From NCBI GenBank assembly GCA_018817385.1, contig JAHIUA010000085.1, forward strand, positions 21,636 through 85,635: a DNA stretch of 64,000 nt, written 5' to 3'. Below the pieces are notes generated by a model, which did not search any database, was not told the origin of the DNA, and worked only from the letters and a program-made list of their open reading frames with translations. The stretch's first letter is position 1. Every line of letters begins with the position of its first letter. The translations under genes and the position numbers were made by a program. Source of the stretch: Pseudomonadota bacterium. Its GTDB lineage: Bacteria; Desulfobacterota; Desulfobulbia; Desulfobulbales; Desulfocapsaceae. Below, one piece after another: positions 29,605-39,189 of this stretch.

Positions 29605-29617
29605 TCGCCTTCTGCCC

Positions 29618-30955
29618 ATGACCTTTTCCAAAGAACCTCTCATCATCACCCCTGACGATCATCCCATTCGTCATCACATGATTGACAGGGATGCCATGCA
29701 TGTGATGCGTGTCCTCCGTGACAATGGGTACGCCGGATACCTGGTGGGCGGTGGAGTCCGCGACCTCTATCTGGGGAAGACACCCAAAGATTTTGACATC
29801 AGCACTAACGCCCGTCCCGGACAGATCCGTAAACTCTTTCGCAACAGTCGCACCATCGGCAGGCGCTTCCGCCTGGTCCAGATTCTTTTCCATGGCAAAG
29901 AAATTGAGCTCTCTACCCTGCGCTCCTTAAGCGAGTATGACATCGACGGCCCCGAGGAAGTACTGGCCCCCAACAATACCTACGGCAGCCTGGATGAAGA
30001 TGCCCAACGCCGAGATCTCACCATCAACTCCCTGTTTTATGAGATCGAGAATAATACCATTATTGATTATGTTGGCGGTATCGATGACCTTGACCATTCC
30101 ATCATCCGTATCGTCGGCGACCCGGAACGGCGCATTACCAGAGATCCGGTACGGATGCTGCGGGCCATCCGTCATGCTGCCAGGTTACATTTCAAGATTG
30201 CCGCGGAAAGTTGGCAGGCCATCTGTTCCCATCATGAAAAGCTCACCCTCTGTCCGCCTTCGCGGATTCGCGACGAATTCATCAAGGATCTGCACAGTGG
30301 GGCCTTTGCTGAATGGCTCGACCTGGCCCTGGAATCCGAACTCTTTTTTGATATTCTGGGACTCTACAAAAAGACACTGTTCAAAAACGCACAACCAGGA
30401 GAGCTCCCCTACCGGGAACAACTGACTGCTCTCGCGAAAGTCATTGACCGCAGTGCACTGCTGACAAAAGAATCAGGACAACAAGGGCTGGCCAACGACT
30501 TTCTCCTCGCCTTTCTTCTCATCCCCTGGGCCAATGCCCGCTTTGACCTGGTTCAGCAAAATTTGAAAGGAGCAGCAGCCTTTCGATTTTCAAAAATCAT
30601 CCGAGAGCAGCTCGACAGGGAGCTGGGAGTACAGCTGAATTTACGTCGCTCTACCCGTCAGGAGATGGTTGTCCTGCTTTCCAACCTGCCCCAATTTCTC
30701 CGTCACCAGGAAAATGATACCTGGCCTAAATGGATGAAGAAAAAGAGCTACTTCAAGTCCTGCTCTCTGTTCTGTGACCTGTATTCAGAGTCGATCACCG
30801 GCAACCTGGCCGATATCCAACTTCCCTCTCTGAAAAATGCGCCCCCTCCACCAGAGAGAGATCATTCTCCGTCCAAAGGTCGCGGAGGGGGTAAAAAACG
30901 ATATCGTCCGGCATTTACATCAAAAAAGAAAGGGGTGTTCGGCCTCAAGAAATAA
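29618..30955 (+). CDS. pcnB: poly(A) polymerase I
   Basis: YLVGGGVRDLYLGKTPKDFDIST...RRFRLVQILF...RRDLTINSLFY nucleotidyltransferase motifs and a basic C-terminal tail. The ATG at 29618 is preferred to the track start. Confidence 0.85.
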   Translation: MTFSKEPLIITPDDHPIRHHMIDRDAMHVMRVLRDNGYAGYLVGGGVRDLYLGKTPKDFDISTNARPGQIRKLFRNSRTIGRRFRLVQILFHGKEIELSTLRSLSEYDIDGPEEVLAPNNTYGSLDEDAQRRDLTINSLFYEIENNTIIDYVGGIDDLDHSIIRIVGDPERRITRDPVRMLRAIRHAARLHFKIAAESWQAICSHHEKLTLCPPSRIRDEFIKDLHSGAFAEWLDLALESELFFDILGLYKKTLFKNAQPGELPYREQLTALAKVIDRSALLTKESGQQGLANDFLLAFLLIPWANARFDLVQQNLKGAAAFRFSKIIREQLDRELGVQLNLRRSTRQEMVVLLSNLPQFLRHQENDTWPKWMKKKSYFKSCSLFCDLYSESITGNLADIQLPSLKNAPPPPERDHSPSKGRGGGKKRYRPAFTSKKKGVFGLKK

Positions 30956-31322
30956 GGCAATCAACCTCTGCAGAGAAGTAGGCTCCAGGGTAAAGGGAGA
31001 AGAATACATCTCGATTTATGCTACCCTTTCCACAGGACCAGCACACCTCTCATTACAACTCTCCACTCTTTTCCTCCGACCTCCCCCCTGAACCACTCCT
31101 TCCTCTGCCGCCACTCCCTTTTCTTCAGAAGATAGCTCTGTGAGGCTCCAGGAAACGACTGACCTCTTCATTCCCGCTCTTGTCCTGTAACTCTACCTGG
31201 TAAGCGGATTTTCAGGTCTTGGAAACAGGGCTGTGGATACTCAGTCCACTTGCCAGTCATTCTCCTTGTAAACGACCAGCCATTTTCAATGGCTGCTTTC
31301 TCTGGAAGGCTCGTCGGTCAAG

Positions 31323-31625
31323 TCAATGAGTCCTTTGCCCTGGATGCTGATAAAGCCGATCCCCAGAACAAGGGAGTCGTTGCAGCGCGGCAAGTAAAAA
31401 TTTGCTATGCTGCGTGGTGTGCTTGCTTTCTTCCACTGCTACGGCAATGGCGGAGACAATTTCATTGACGCTGTTGATGACCTTACTGATTTCACGGGCC
31501 GCCTTGCCAAGGTTGTTGACCTTGGTGGAGGAATTCTTGGCAGAGTTTACCGCCTCACCGGTCATGGTGCTGGCCATTGCCGTATTGGTTGCTATTTCCG
31601 GAATAGCAACGGACATCTCCTCCAT
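31323..31625 (-). pseudogene. remnant of a methyl-accepting chemotaxis protein signalling domain
   Basis: MEEMSVAIPEIATNTAMASTMTGEAVNSAKNSSTKVNNLGKAAREISKVINSVNEIVSAIAVAVEE.....TTQ has the MCP heptad pattern (..EEMS..I.EI...; IA.AVEEQ...TQEI). A stop lies directly upstream and there are no sensor, TM or HAMP parts. Confidence 0.5.
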
Positions 31626-31670
31626 GGCAGCTTATGTCTTCATGGAATCCTCTTCATTTCTCAGCAGCAG

Positions 31671-31824
31671 GGTCGCTCTATTCATCATCTGCTGATGTGG
31701 TACTTTATTCTCTTTGCCTTTACCCATGCCTACATGCTAGTCTGGAATGACCTGAAGACAACGGAAGGATTAATTGCTTCCCATTGTCAGCGGAAATAAA
31801 TGTAAAGAGAAGGATGGGGGATAA
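31671..31824 (+). pseudogene. C-terminal remnant (~50 codons, frameshifted) of a Ni/Fe-hydrogenase b-type cytochrome subunit (HyaC/HupC-like)
   Basis: GRSIHHLLMWYFILFAFTHAYMLVWNDLKTTEGLIAS, then +1 frame IVSGNK. Compare the HyaC C-terminus ...H.LGMW.I.AFV..HVYMA.REDI.....IS.MV.GYR. No upstream part of the gene is present. Confidence 0.55.
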
Positions 31825-31946
31825 AACCCTTACAGGCCGAAGCTGACGATGGCTCAATAACAAACGCATATGTGAGGCATGCACCTTTGAAGAAATGAGG
31901 CCTAAAAAAGTTGGCCTCAATGACTGAGAATTTGTAACCACCCTAA

Positions 31947-34295
31947 ATGAAGAATTTTTCCAACCCCGTCAGGGTGGAAATCATCGTACTGGGCACGGTC
32001 CAGGGTGTTGGTTTTCGTCCCTTCGTCTATCGTCTGGCAAAACAGTTTGCCCTTAGCGGTACCATTGTCAATACAGACCAAGGCGTGGTCATCGAGGCAC
32101 AAGGAGAACAACATTCCATTCAAGGCTTCACCGATAGACTCTCTTCTGCACCACCGCCACTGGCCCACATCACTTCCTTACAGCAGCGCCCCTTGCCCGC
32201 CCTGAAGAAAATCACCGGGTTTTCCATCCTCACAAGCATCTGCACAGAGAGCAGCAAGACCCTCATCCCGGCCGACATTGCTCTCTGCCAGGAATGTCTT
32301 CAGGATATTCTTGACCCGAACAACAGGCGTTTTGAATACCCGTTCACCAACTGCACCAACTGTGGACCGCGCCTCACCATTGTCGAATCTATCCCCTATG
32401 ACCGTCCCAGTACCTCCATGCGCCACTTCCCCTTCTGCTCTGCCTGCAGAGAGGAATATGAAAATCCGGAAGACCGTCGATTCCATGCCCAGCCCAACGC
32501 CTGTCCGGACTGCGGACCCCAGGTTTCCTGGCATGATAACCGTGGCACCCGAGTTCCTGTCTCTTCTCCCCTGGGAGAAGCAGCTCAGGCCTTGAGACAG
32601 GGCAAGATTGTGGCCCTCAGAGGGCTGGGTGGATTTCATCTCACCGCTGCTGCAGACTTGGAGCAGGCAATAGAGAGACTGCGACAACGCAAGGGACGAA
32701 AATCAAAACCCCTGGCTGTGATGGCTGCAAACATGGCAGAGGCAGAGAGGATCTGTCACCTGAACCCTGAGGCGGTCAGCCTCCTCTCAGGAGCAGAGCG
32801 CCCCATAGTCCTCCTTCCCCGCAAGAAGGGACAACTGGTTGCGAACCTCACCCCCGGGATTGATGAAATCGGGGTTATGCTTCCTTATACCCCTCTCCAT
32901 CAGCTTCTCTTCCAGGAGAAAGAATGTCCTCAGACCCTGGTCATGACCAGCGGCAACATGAGTGGAGCCCCAATATTCACCGCCAATGATGCTGCCGTAG
33001 CTGGCCTTTCCGGGATTGCCGACTGTTTTCTTCTCCACAACAGGGAGATCGTCACCCGGGTTGATGATTCTGTGGCAAGAATCACCCCCAGAGGACCTCA
33101 ACTCCTGCGTCGAGCCCGTGGTTATGTCCCGGCAGCAACACCCCTTCCCTGGCCCTTACCACCGCTTCTGGCCTGCGGCAGCGGACTCAAATCCACCTTC
33201 TGTCTGACCCGAGATCAAGATGCCTTTCTCAGTCAACACATTGGAGACCTTTTCAACCTGGAATCACTGGATTTTTACAAGGAGAGTATCTCTCACTTCA
33301 AAAGGCTCCTCCAGGTAGAACCTGTTGCAGCGGTCTGCGACCTCCATCCCGACTACCTAAGCAGCCGTTATGCCAAGAGCCTGGATCTCCCCCTCTATGC
33401 AGTACAACACCATCACGCCCACGTAGCGGCAGTCCTGGTTGAACATGGGATTCAGGAAAAAGTTCTGGCTCTGGTCCTTGACGGAACTGGACTTGGTGAC
33501 GACAATACAGTGTGGGGAGGAGAGATTCTGGAAGCGGATTGTTTCGGCTACAGACGTATCGGCTCCCTGTCACCTATGCTTCTTCCTGGTGGAGATGCTG
33601 CAGCCCAGGCGCCATGGCGCATGGGCTTGTCCCTCATCCACCATGCCTTTGGGAGCCAGGGCATGGTGACCTGTGAGCTGCCCCAGGGACTGGAGAAGGT
33701 CGAGGAGAAAAAACGAGAGACCCTATACCAGATGATGAGCCAGGGATTCAACTGCCCTCTTACCTCCAGTTGCGGTCGCCTCTTTGATGGCATCGCAGCC
33801 CTCCTCGGCATCTGTCTGGAGGCAGACTATGAAGGTCAGGCCGCCATGGAACTGGAAGCCTTGGCCACTCAGGCAAAGGGCAAACGTCCCCTGAACGGGC
33901 TTCTTGGCCGGTGTTCCTGGAAGCCTGAGATCGAACTGATTGACAATCGCCTGGTGCTCCAGCAGACCGGGCTGATCCAACTCGTGCTGGAGCAAATGGC
34001 AGCGAGGAGAAATCCGGCAGACATTGCCCTTGAATTTCACCTCTGCCTCATTCAAAGCCTGTCTTTTTGCCTGCGCCAGCTTGCGGAAGAAACAGGGATA
34101 AGCAGGATCGTCCTTACCGGTGGCTGCATGCAGAACAGACTTCTACTTGAAGGTCTTTTTATTCTTCTGAAACAGGAAGACTTCACTGTCCATACCGGGG
34201 AAAAGATCCCGGTCAATGATGGCGGCATCTCTCTGGGACAGGTAATTATTGGAGGTTTACGCCATGTGTCTGGCAGTACCCATGAAAGTTATTGA
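31947..34295 (+). CDS. hypF: [NiFe]-hydrogenase maturation carbamoyltransferase HypF
   Basis: Acylphosphatase domain (VQGVGFRPFVYRLA), two Zn-finger motifs (CQECLQD...NCTNCGPR; CSACREEY...CPDCGP), YrdC and Kae1-like domains. Confidence 0.95.
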   Translation: MKNFSNPVRVEIIVLGTVQGVGFRPFVYRLAKQFALSGTIVNTDQGVVIEAQGEQHSIQGFTDRLSSAPPPLAHITSLQQRPLPALKKITGFSILTSICTESSKTLIPADIALCQECLQDILDPNNRRFEYPFTNCTNCGPRLTIVESIPYDRPSTSMRHFPFCSACREEYENPEDRRFHAQPNACPDCGPQVSWHDNRGTRVPVSSPLGEAAQALRQGKIVALRGLGGFHLTAAADLEQAIERLRQRKGRKSKPLAVMAANMAEAERICHLNPEAVSLLSGAERPIVLLPRKKGQLVANLTPGIDEIGVMLPYTPLHQLLFQEKECPQTLVMTSGNMSGAPIFTANDAAVAGLSGIADCFLLHNREIVTRVDDSVARITPRGPQLLRRARGYVPAATPLPWPLPPLLACGSGLKSTFCLTRDQDAFLSQHIGDLFNLESLDFYKESISHFKRLLQVEPVAAVCDLHPDYLSSRYAKSLDLPLYAVQHHHAHVAAVLVEHGIQEKVLALVLDGTGLGDDNTVWGGEILEADCFGYRRIGSLSPMLLPGGDAAAQAPWRMGLSLIHHAFGSQGMVTCELPQGLEKVEEKKRETLYQMMSQGFNCPLTSSCGRLFDGIAALLGICLEADYEGQAAMELEALATQAKGKRPLNGLLGRCSWKPEIELIDNRLVLQQTGLIQLVLEQMAARRNPADIALEFHLCLIQSLSFCLRQLAEETGISRIVLTGGCMQNRLLLEGLFILLKQEDFTVHTGEKIPVNDGGISLGQVIIGGLRHVSGSTHESY

Positions 34296-34539
34296 AATCC
34301 AGGGCAGTCCCGATGATTTCTTCTCCGACCAGATCGCTGTGGTCGATGCTGACGGCATCAGAAAAAAAACCCGCCTTGATGTCGTAGACCACTGGCCTGT
34401 TCTTGGTGACTATCTTATTATCCATGCCGGATTTGCTATCCACACCCTGGACCCGCAAGAGGCAGAGACCAATCTTCGTCTCCTCCGGGAACTTGCCGAA
34501 AATGTACTCGCTGTGGAGAATGGGGACGACAGATCATGA
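34264..34539 (+). CDS. hypC: hydrogenase assembly chaperone HypC
   Basis: Canonical MCLAVPMKV N-terminus. Overlaps the hypF 3' end. Confidence 0.9.
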   Translation: MCLAVPMKVIEIQGSPDDFFSDQIAVVDADGIRKKTRLDVVDHWPVLGDYLIIHAGFAIHTLDPQEAETNLRLLRELAENVLAVENGDDRS

Positions 34540-35618
34540 AATATCTCGATGAATTCCGAGATCAAGATCTGGCCAAACCTCTCCTTAAGGAACTGCGGCA
34601 CTCCGTGACCAGACCTTTGCGGGTGATGGAGGTTTGCGGCACTCATACCATGGCCATTTTTCGTAATGGTCTCCGATCGCTTCTTCCTGACGGACTGGAA
34701 TTAATCTCCGGCCCTGGTTGTCCTGTCTGCGTCACCTCCGCATCCCACATTGATGCCATCCTGGACATGGCCGAACGACCCCAGGTACGAATCGCCCTCT
34801 TTGGCGACCTGTTTCGAGTCCCGGGCAGCAGCGGCCTGTCCCTGGCCCATGCCTCTTCCCATGGGGCTAAAGTGGACATTGTCTACTCCCCCATGGACAG
34901 CCTCGAACTTGCCAAAAAACACCCTCAAGAGTTGGTAATTTTTCTTGGTGTCGGTTTTGAGACCACCACCCCAGGAATCGCAGCAACCATCATGGCTGCC
35001 CAAAACAGCGGTGTTGACAACTTCGCTGTCTTTTCCACCCACAAGGTCATGCCCCCTCCGCTCATCTCCCTCCTCAACGATCCTGAGCTGCAGATTGACG
35101 GACTCCTCTGCCCTGGCCATGTGAGTACTATTATCGGGGCTAGAGCCTACCAACCCCTGGTGGAAAAATACAATCTGGCCTGCGTCGTCGCGGGCTTTGA
35201 ACCGGCAGACATTCTCCAGGCCCTGATCATGCTCGCCAGACAGGTGAGCCAGGGAGAAGCCCGAGTGGAAAATGCCTATACTCGAGCTGTAAGCTGGGAA
35301 GGAAATGAGAGGGCTCAGCAGATGGTCAATAAAATTTTTGAGCCCGTTGATATGGAATGGCGCGGCCTGGGCACAATTCCGCTCAGTGGCCTGGCCATTC
35401 GCGAAAGCTGCTGCCACTTTGATGCTGAAAAAAGATTAGATATCAAGCTGATACCCGCAGCAGAACCCCCTGGCTGCCGTTGCGGAGAAATCCTCAAAGG
35501 CAAGGAACGTCCTCCCCAGTGTCCTCTATTCGGCAGCCGTTGCACCCCCGGCAACCCAGTAGGCCCCTGTATGGTCTCCAGTGAAGGAACCTGTGCCGCT
35601 TTTTATAAATACGGATGA
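34536..35618 (+). CDS. hypD: hydrogenase formation protein HypD
   Basis: MEVCGTHT, GPGCPVCV, GFETT, PCMVSSEGTC motifs. ATGA overlap with hypC. Confidence 0.95.
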   Translation: MKYLDEFRDQDLAKPLLKELRHSVTRPLRVMEVCGTHTMAIFRNGLRSLLPDGLELISGPGCPVCVTSASHIDAILDMAERPQVRIALFGDLFRVPGSSGLSLAHASSHGAKVDIVYSPMDSLELAKKHPQELVIFLGVGFETTTPGIAATIMAAQNSGVDNFAVFSTHKVMPPPLISLLNDPELQIDGLLCPGHVSTIIGARAYQPLVEKYNLACVVAGFEPADILQALIMLARQVSQGEARVENAYTRAVSWEGNERAQQMVNKIFEPVDMEWRGLGTIPLSGLAIRESCCHFDAEKRLDIKLIPAAEPPGCRCGEILKGKERPPQCPLFGSRCTPGNPVGPCMVSSEGTCAAFYKYG

Positions 35619-35653
35619 TGGCGGTTTGCGGTTTAAAATAATATATTTGTGGA

Positions 35654-36688
35654 ATGGTGTGTAAGACAATGAACCCTAAAAACAGTATTCTCCTTGATCA
35701 TGGCAGTGGTGGCATTGCCAGCCAGGAGTTGATTTCCGGACTTTTCCTCAAGCACCTGGATAATGCCGTCCTCGCCTCTCTGGAAGACAGTGCCGTACTT
35801 GACAACCATCCAGGAAAGCTGGCCTTTAGTACAGACAGTTATGTCGTTGATCCGATCTTTTTTCCGGGCGGAGATATCGGTACCCTGGCCGTTCATGGTA
35901 CCATCAATGATCTGGCCATGCGTGGCGCCCGCCCTCTCTGTCTCAGCCTGGCACTGATCCTGGAAGAGGGACTGGATCTGGATGATCTTGAACGTGTCAT
36001 CGTCTCCATTGGAACTGCCTGCAAAGAATCCGGGGTCCCCATTGTCACCGGCGACACCAAAGTCGTTCCCAGAGGGAAAGCCGATAAAATTTTCATTAAC
36101 ACTTCCGGCATCGGGATTATCGCAGAGAAGGTCAACATCTCCTCCACCATGGCTCGGGCAGGCGATGTTATTATCCTCTCCGGTTCCATGGCAGACCATG
36201 GGATCACCATCATGACCCGTCGCGCCGGGATCAGCCTCGATGGAGACCTTGCCAGTGATTCAGCCTCCCTTCATGAACTGGTGGCCCTCCTCCTTGACGG
36301 CCTTCCCCCCGGCAGCCTGCATACCCTCCGTGATCCGACTCGAGGCGGGGTGGCCACTTCACTGAATGAAATTGCCGCAGCCGCTCGCCTCATGGCCGAA
36401 ATTGAGGAAACAGCCATCCCGGTACACAAAGGGGTACGTGCTGCCTGCGAGATCATGGGCCTGGATCCACTTTACCTGGCCAATGAAGGAAAGTGCCTTG
36501 TTATTGTTGCTCCCGAGCAGGCAGAGGAAACGCTAAGCCTGATGCGGTCCACTTCCGTGGGAAAAGAAAGTGCTATTATCGGCAGCCTGAAGACAGGAAC
36601 AGCAGGCCAGGTTGTCCTCCGAACAGGCATAGGTGGTTCCAGAATCATCACTCCCCTGCATGGAGAACCTCTGCCCAGAATCTGTTAA
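35654..36688 (+). CDS. hypE: hydrogenase expression/formation protein HypE
   Basis: LDHGSGG, PurM-like fold motifs, C-terminal PRIC. Confidence 0.95.
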   Translation: MVCKTMNPKNSILLDHGSGGIASQELISGLFLKHLDNAVLASLEDSAVLDNHPGKLAFSTDSYVVDPIFFPGGDIGTLAVHGTINDLAMRGARPLCLSLALILEEGLDLDDLERVIVSIGTACKESGVPIVTGDTKVVPRGKADKIFINTSGIGIIAEKVNISSTMARAGDVIILSGSMADHGITIMTRRAGISLDGDLASDSASLHELVALLLDGLPPGSLHTLRDPTRGGVATSLNEIAAAARLMAEIEETAIPVHKGVRAACEIMGLDPLYLANEGKCLVIVAPEQAEETLSLMRSTSVGKESAIIGSLKTGTAGQVVLRTGIGGSRIITPLHGEPLPRIC

Positions 36689-36697
36689 GGAGCCAGA

Positions 36698-37225
36698 ATG
36701 GACAACGAAAACAAAAAGACTGGAATTCTCGGAATCGGCAATCTGCTCCTTTCTGACGAGAGCTTTGGAATCCATGTTACCCGTTATCTTGAGGCACAGT
36801 ACCGTTTTCCCGATTCCGTCACTATCCTTGACGGAGGAACAGCAGGCATCTACATGGCACCCTTTATTGAAACCCATGACCCGGTGTTTGTGGTTGATGT
36901 GGTCAACCTCAAGGGTGCAGCTCCCGGCAGTCTCTATACCTTCACGGCCGATGAGGCCAGAAATGGCTCCATGCAGAGCCGAATGTCACCCCATCAATTG
37001 GGAATTTTAGACATACTTGATATCTGTAAGCTGCGCGACATCAGTCCTGAAACCGTGGAATTTTTCTGTGTAGTCCCGGAAAGCCTGGCAACCGGACTTG
37101 AAATGTCTGCTTCAGTGGCAGCACAAATTGGAAAAATTGGCGATCTTCTCGTCCAACGACTTAAGGGACTGGGCCACACCATAGATCCACAGATGATCAA
37201 AAGGGAGAAACGCTGTCATGCATGA
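36698..37225 (+). CDS. hydrogenase maturation endopeptidase (HyaD/HybD/HoxM family)
   Basis: ILGIGNLLLSDESFG, DGGTAG, SPHQLG motifs. Confidence 0.85.
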   Translation: MDNENKKTGILGIGNLLLSDESFGIHVTRYLEAQYRFPDSVTILDGGTAGIYMAPFIETHDPVFVVDVVNLKGAAPGSLYTFTADEARNGSMQSRMSPHQLGILDILDICKLRDISPETVEFFCVVPESLATGLEMSASVAAQIGKIGDLLVQRLKGLGHTIDPQMIKREKRCHA

Positions 37226-37562
37226 GATGTCACTGGTTCAGGGCCTCCTCAACCAGCTTCACGATCTGGCCCGAGAGCACAATAAGACAAAGGTCATCAG
37301 CGTGTGTATGGATATCGGCCCCCTTTCCGGGGTGGTCATGGACTCATTTCAATTCGGCTTTGATATCCTCTCTCAAGAAAACCCATTGACCCGGGGCGCC
37401 AGACTGGAGATAGTCAGTTCCCCCGTCATCTACCGCTGCAGTGGCTGTGACGCCAAAATAGAGGAAGAATCGAAACCACAGGCCTGTCCGGCCTGCTCCG
37501 AAACCCTTCTCTATCCGGAAGGGGGGGATGATATAATCCTGCGTCAGGTTCAGATGGAATAA
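37218..37562 (+). CDS. hypA: hydrogenase nickel incorporation protein HypA
   Basis: MHEMSL N-terminus (Ni site) and CSGC...CPAC zinc site. Confidence 0.9.
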   Translation: MHEMSLVQGLLNQLHDLAREHNKTKVISVCMDIGPLSGVVMDSFQFGFDILSQENPLTRGARLEIVSSPVIYRCSGCDAKIEEESKPQACPACSETLLYPEGGDDIILRQVQME

Positions 37563-37728
37563 CAGTTGCTTTTCACTGAGAGTCAATCCTCTCCCTGATG
37601 CGCAAAGGAAATGCAAGGGAAACAAAACGGTACAATGGAGGATTGCCCATTTAAGGGCAACCTATGCTAATTCGATTTCTGCTAACAGGCCGCCTCGGCT
37701 GCCATATTTTTTTAAACAAGGTGTATTT

Positions 37729-38463
37729 ATGTGCGATTCATGCGGCTGTGATTTGAACCACGGCCACTCCCACGACCATTCCCATGACCATTCCCACGAT
37801 GCAAAGGTGATTGAAGTCCACCAGAGCCTGCTTGCTGCCAACACGGCCATGGCAGAAAAAAACAGGGCCCATATTGAAAAGATGGGGGCAGTAGCCATCA
37901 ACATGATTTCCAGCCCTGGTTCGGGAAAAACGACGCTCCTGGAAAAGACCATTGAAGCCATTGGAGACAGCCTCAGAATCGGTGTCATAGAGGGAGATAT
38001 CGAAACAGACAGGGATGCCGCACGCATTCGGGCCAAGGGAGTCCCCGTGATCCAGCTCACCACCGGCGGGGCCTGTCACCTGGACGCAGCCCTGGTCCAC
38101 AAAGGGCTGCATCTCCTGGAGAAAGAACCGGGCGGAGACCAACTCGACCTCCTCGTTATTGAAAACGTGGGCAACCTGGTCTGCCCGGCCACCTTTGACT
38201 TGGGAGAACATCACCGCATAGTCCTGGTTTCGGTCCCGGAAGGACCGGACAAACCGGCAAAATACCCCAAGGCCTTTATCAGCTCCCAGGTCTTCATTAT
38301 TTCCAAGACCGATCTCCTTCCCTACTTTGACTTCCCGGTTGAGGAGGCCAGGGCCGAGGCCTTGCAGCTGAACCCCAAATTGCTGGTCATGGACCTTTCT
38401 GCCACCAGCGGCCAAGGGTTCGAGCAGTGGTTGGACTATTTAAAAGGAATATGCCGCAAATAA
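37729..38463 (+). CDS. hypB: hydrogenase nickel incorporation GTPase HypB
   Basis: MCDSCGC high-affinity site, HGHSHDHSHDHSHD His-rich stretch, GSGKTTLL P-loop, ENVGNLVCP. Confidence 0.95.
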   Translation: MCDSCGCDLNHGHSHDHSHDHSHDAKVIEVHQSLLAANTAMAEKNRAHIEKMGAVAINMISSPGSGKTTLLEKTIEAIGDSLRIGVIEGDIETDRDAARIRAKGVPVIQLTTGGACHLDAALVHKGLHLLEKEPGGDQLDLLVIENVGNLVCPATFDLGEHHRIVLVSVPEGPDKPAKYPKAFISSQVFIISKTDLLPYFDFPVEEARAEALQLNPKLLVMDLSATSGQGFEQWLDYLKGICRK

Positions 38464-38475
38464 TGTCAGCGCCAC

Positions 38476-39099
38476 CTATTCTCCTGTCTCTTGGTGAGCG
38501 TATATTTCTGGAGGAATAATGGAAAATTCCGTGGCCCCGGGAGGCTGCCAGTAGAGTTTCAAGGTGGCTGACCCCTTACGTTGAAAATAGCGAATAAGGA
38601 TCGGATACCAGCCACCTGCGCCAACATCAGCAATCCCCACAGGGGACAATCTGTCACTGTGGACGAGGGGATCCTCAAATAAGAGGTTGCCACCAAGGGA
38701 AAACTCTATGCCGTCATTGGCCAGAGCCTGAAATCGGTACTCGCCGGGTTTGGCAAGATGGAGACAACCGGCCAGCAGCATGCCGACCCCTTTGGCCGCA
38801 CCGGAATCAAAAACCAGTCCGCCAGGGGAAAACTGATGATTGAGCTGGCTGATAGGTTTACCAGGCCTTCCCTGGGACTGTGCCTCTAAAAGAGTGGGCA
38901 TCTCTCCAACCCTACGATAGAATTTATCAAGGTAGAAGACAGCGAGTCCGGGAGAAAGCTCTGCAACCGTCACTGCTGCAGGTAGCGAAAATTGCTGTCT
39001 GAGTAGCGCTTGCGGAGCACAGCCAGCCAAGCTGCTGAGTATCAGGATCATCAGGCAAATACGGGAAATAGAAGTTGCTCCTCTGAAAAACCCTTTCAT
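38476..39099 (-). CDS. PA14-domain lipoprotein
   Basis: Lipobox LSSLAGC. GEYRFQALANDGIEFSLGGNLLFED...ATLKLYW resembles the PA14 fold. Strong GAGGAGG SD before the ATG at 39099. Confidence 0.65.
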   Translation of the reverse strand: MKGFFRGATSISRICLMILILSSLAGCAPQALLRQQFSLPAAVTVAELSPGLAVFYLDKFYRRVGEMPTLLEAQSQGRPGKPISQLNHQFSPGGLVFDSGAAKGVGMLLAGCLHLAKPGEYRFQALANDGIEFSLGGNLLFEDPLVHSDRLSPVGIADVGAGGWYPILIRYFQRKGSATLKLYWQPPGATEFSIIPPEIYAHQETGE

Positions 39100-39189
39100 C
39101 AGATAAGGCCTCCTCGCATAAAGATTTTTGTAAGGCAATGCCGCCACAAACAGAAAACAGCCATTCAAGCGGGTGCGACATGCTCTGGC

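Noticed and set aside
37750-37800. Triplet-like repeat CACGACCATTCC x3 in hypB
   Set aside because: It simply encodes the His-rich (HSHD)n nickel-storage tract typical of many HypB proteins. It is not an independent repeat element.
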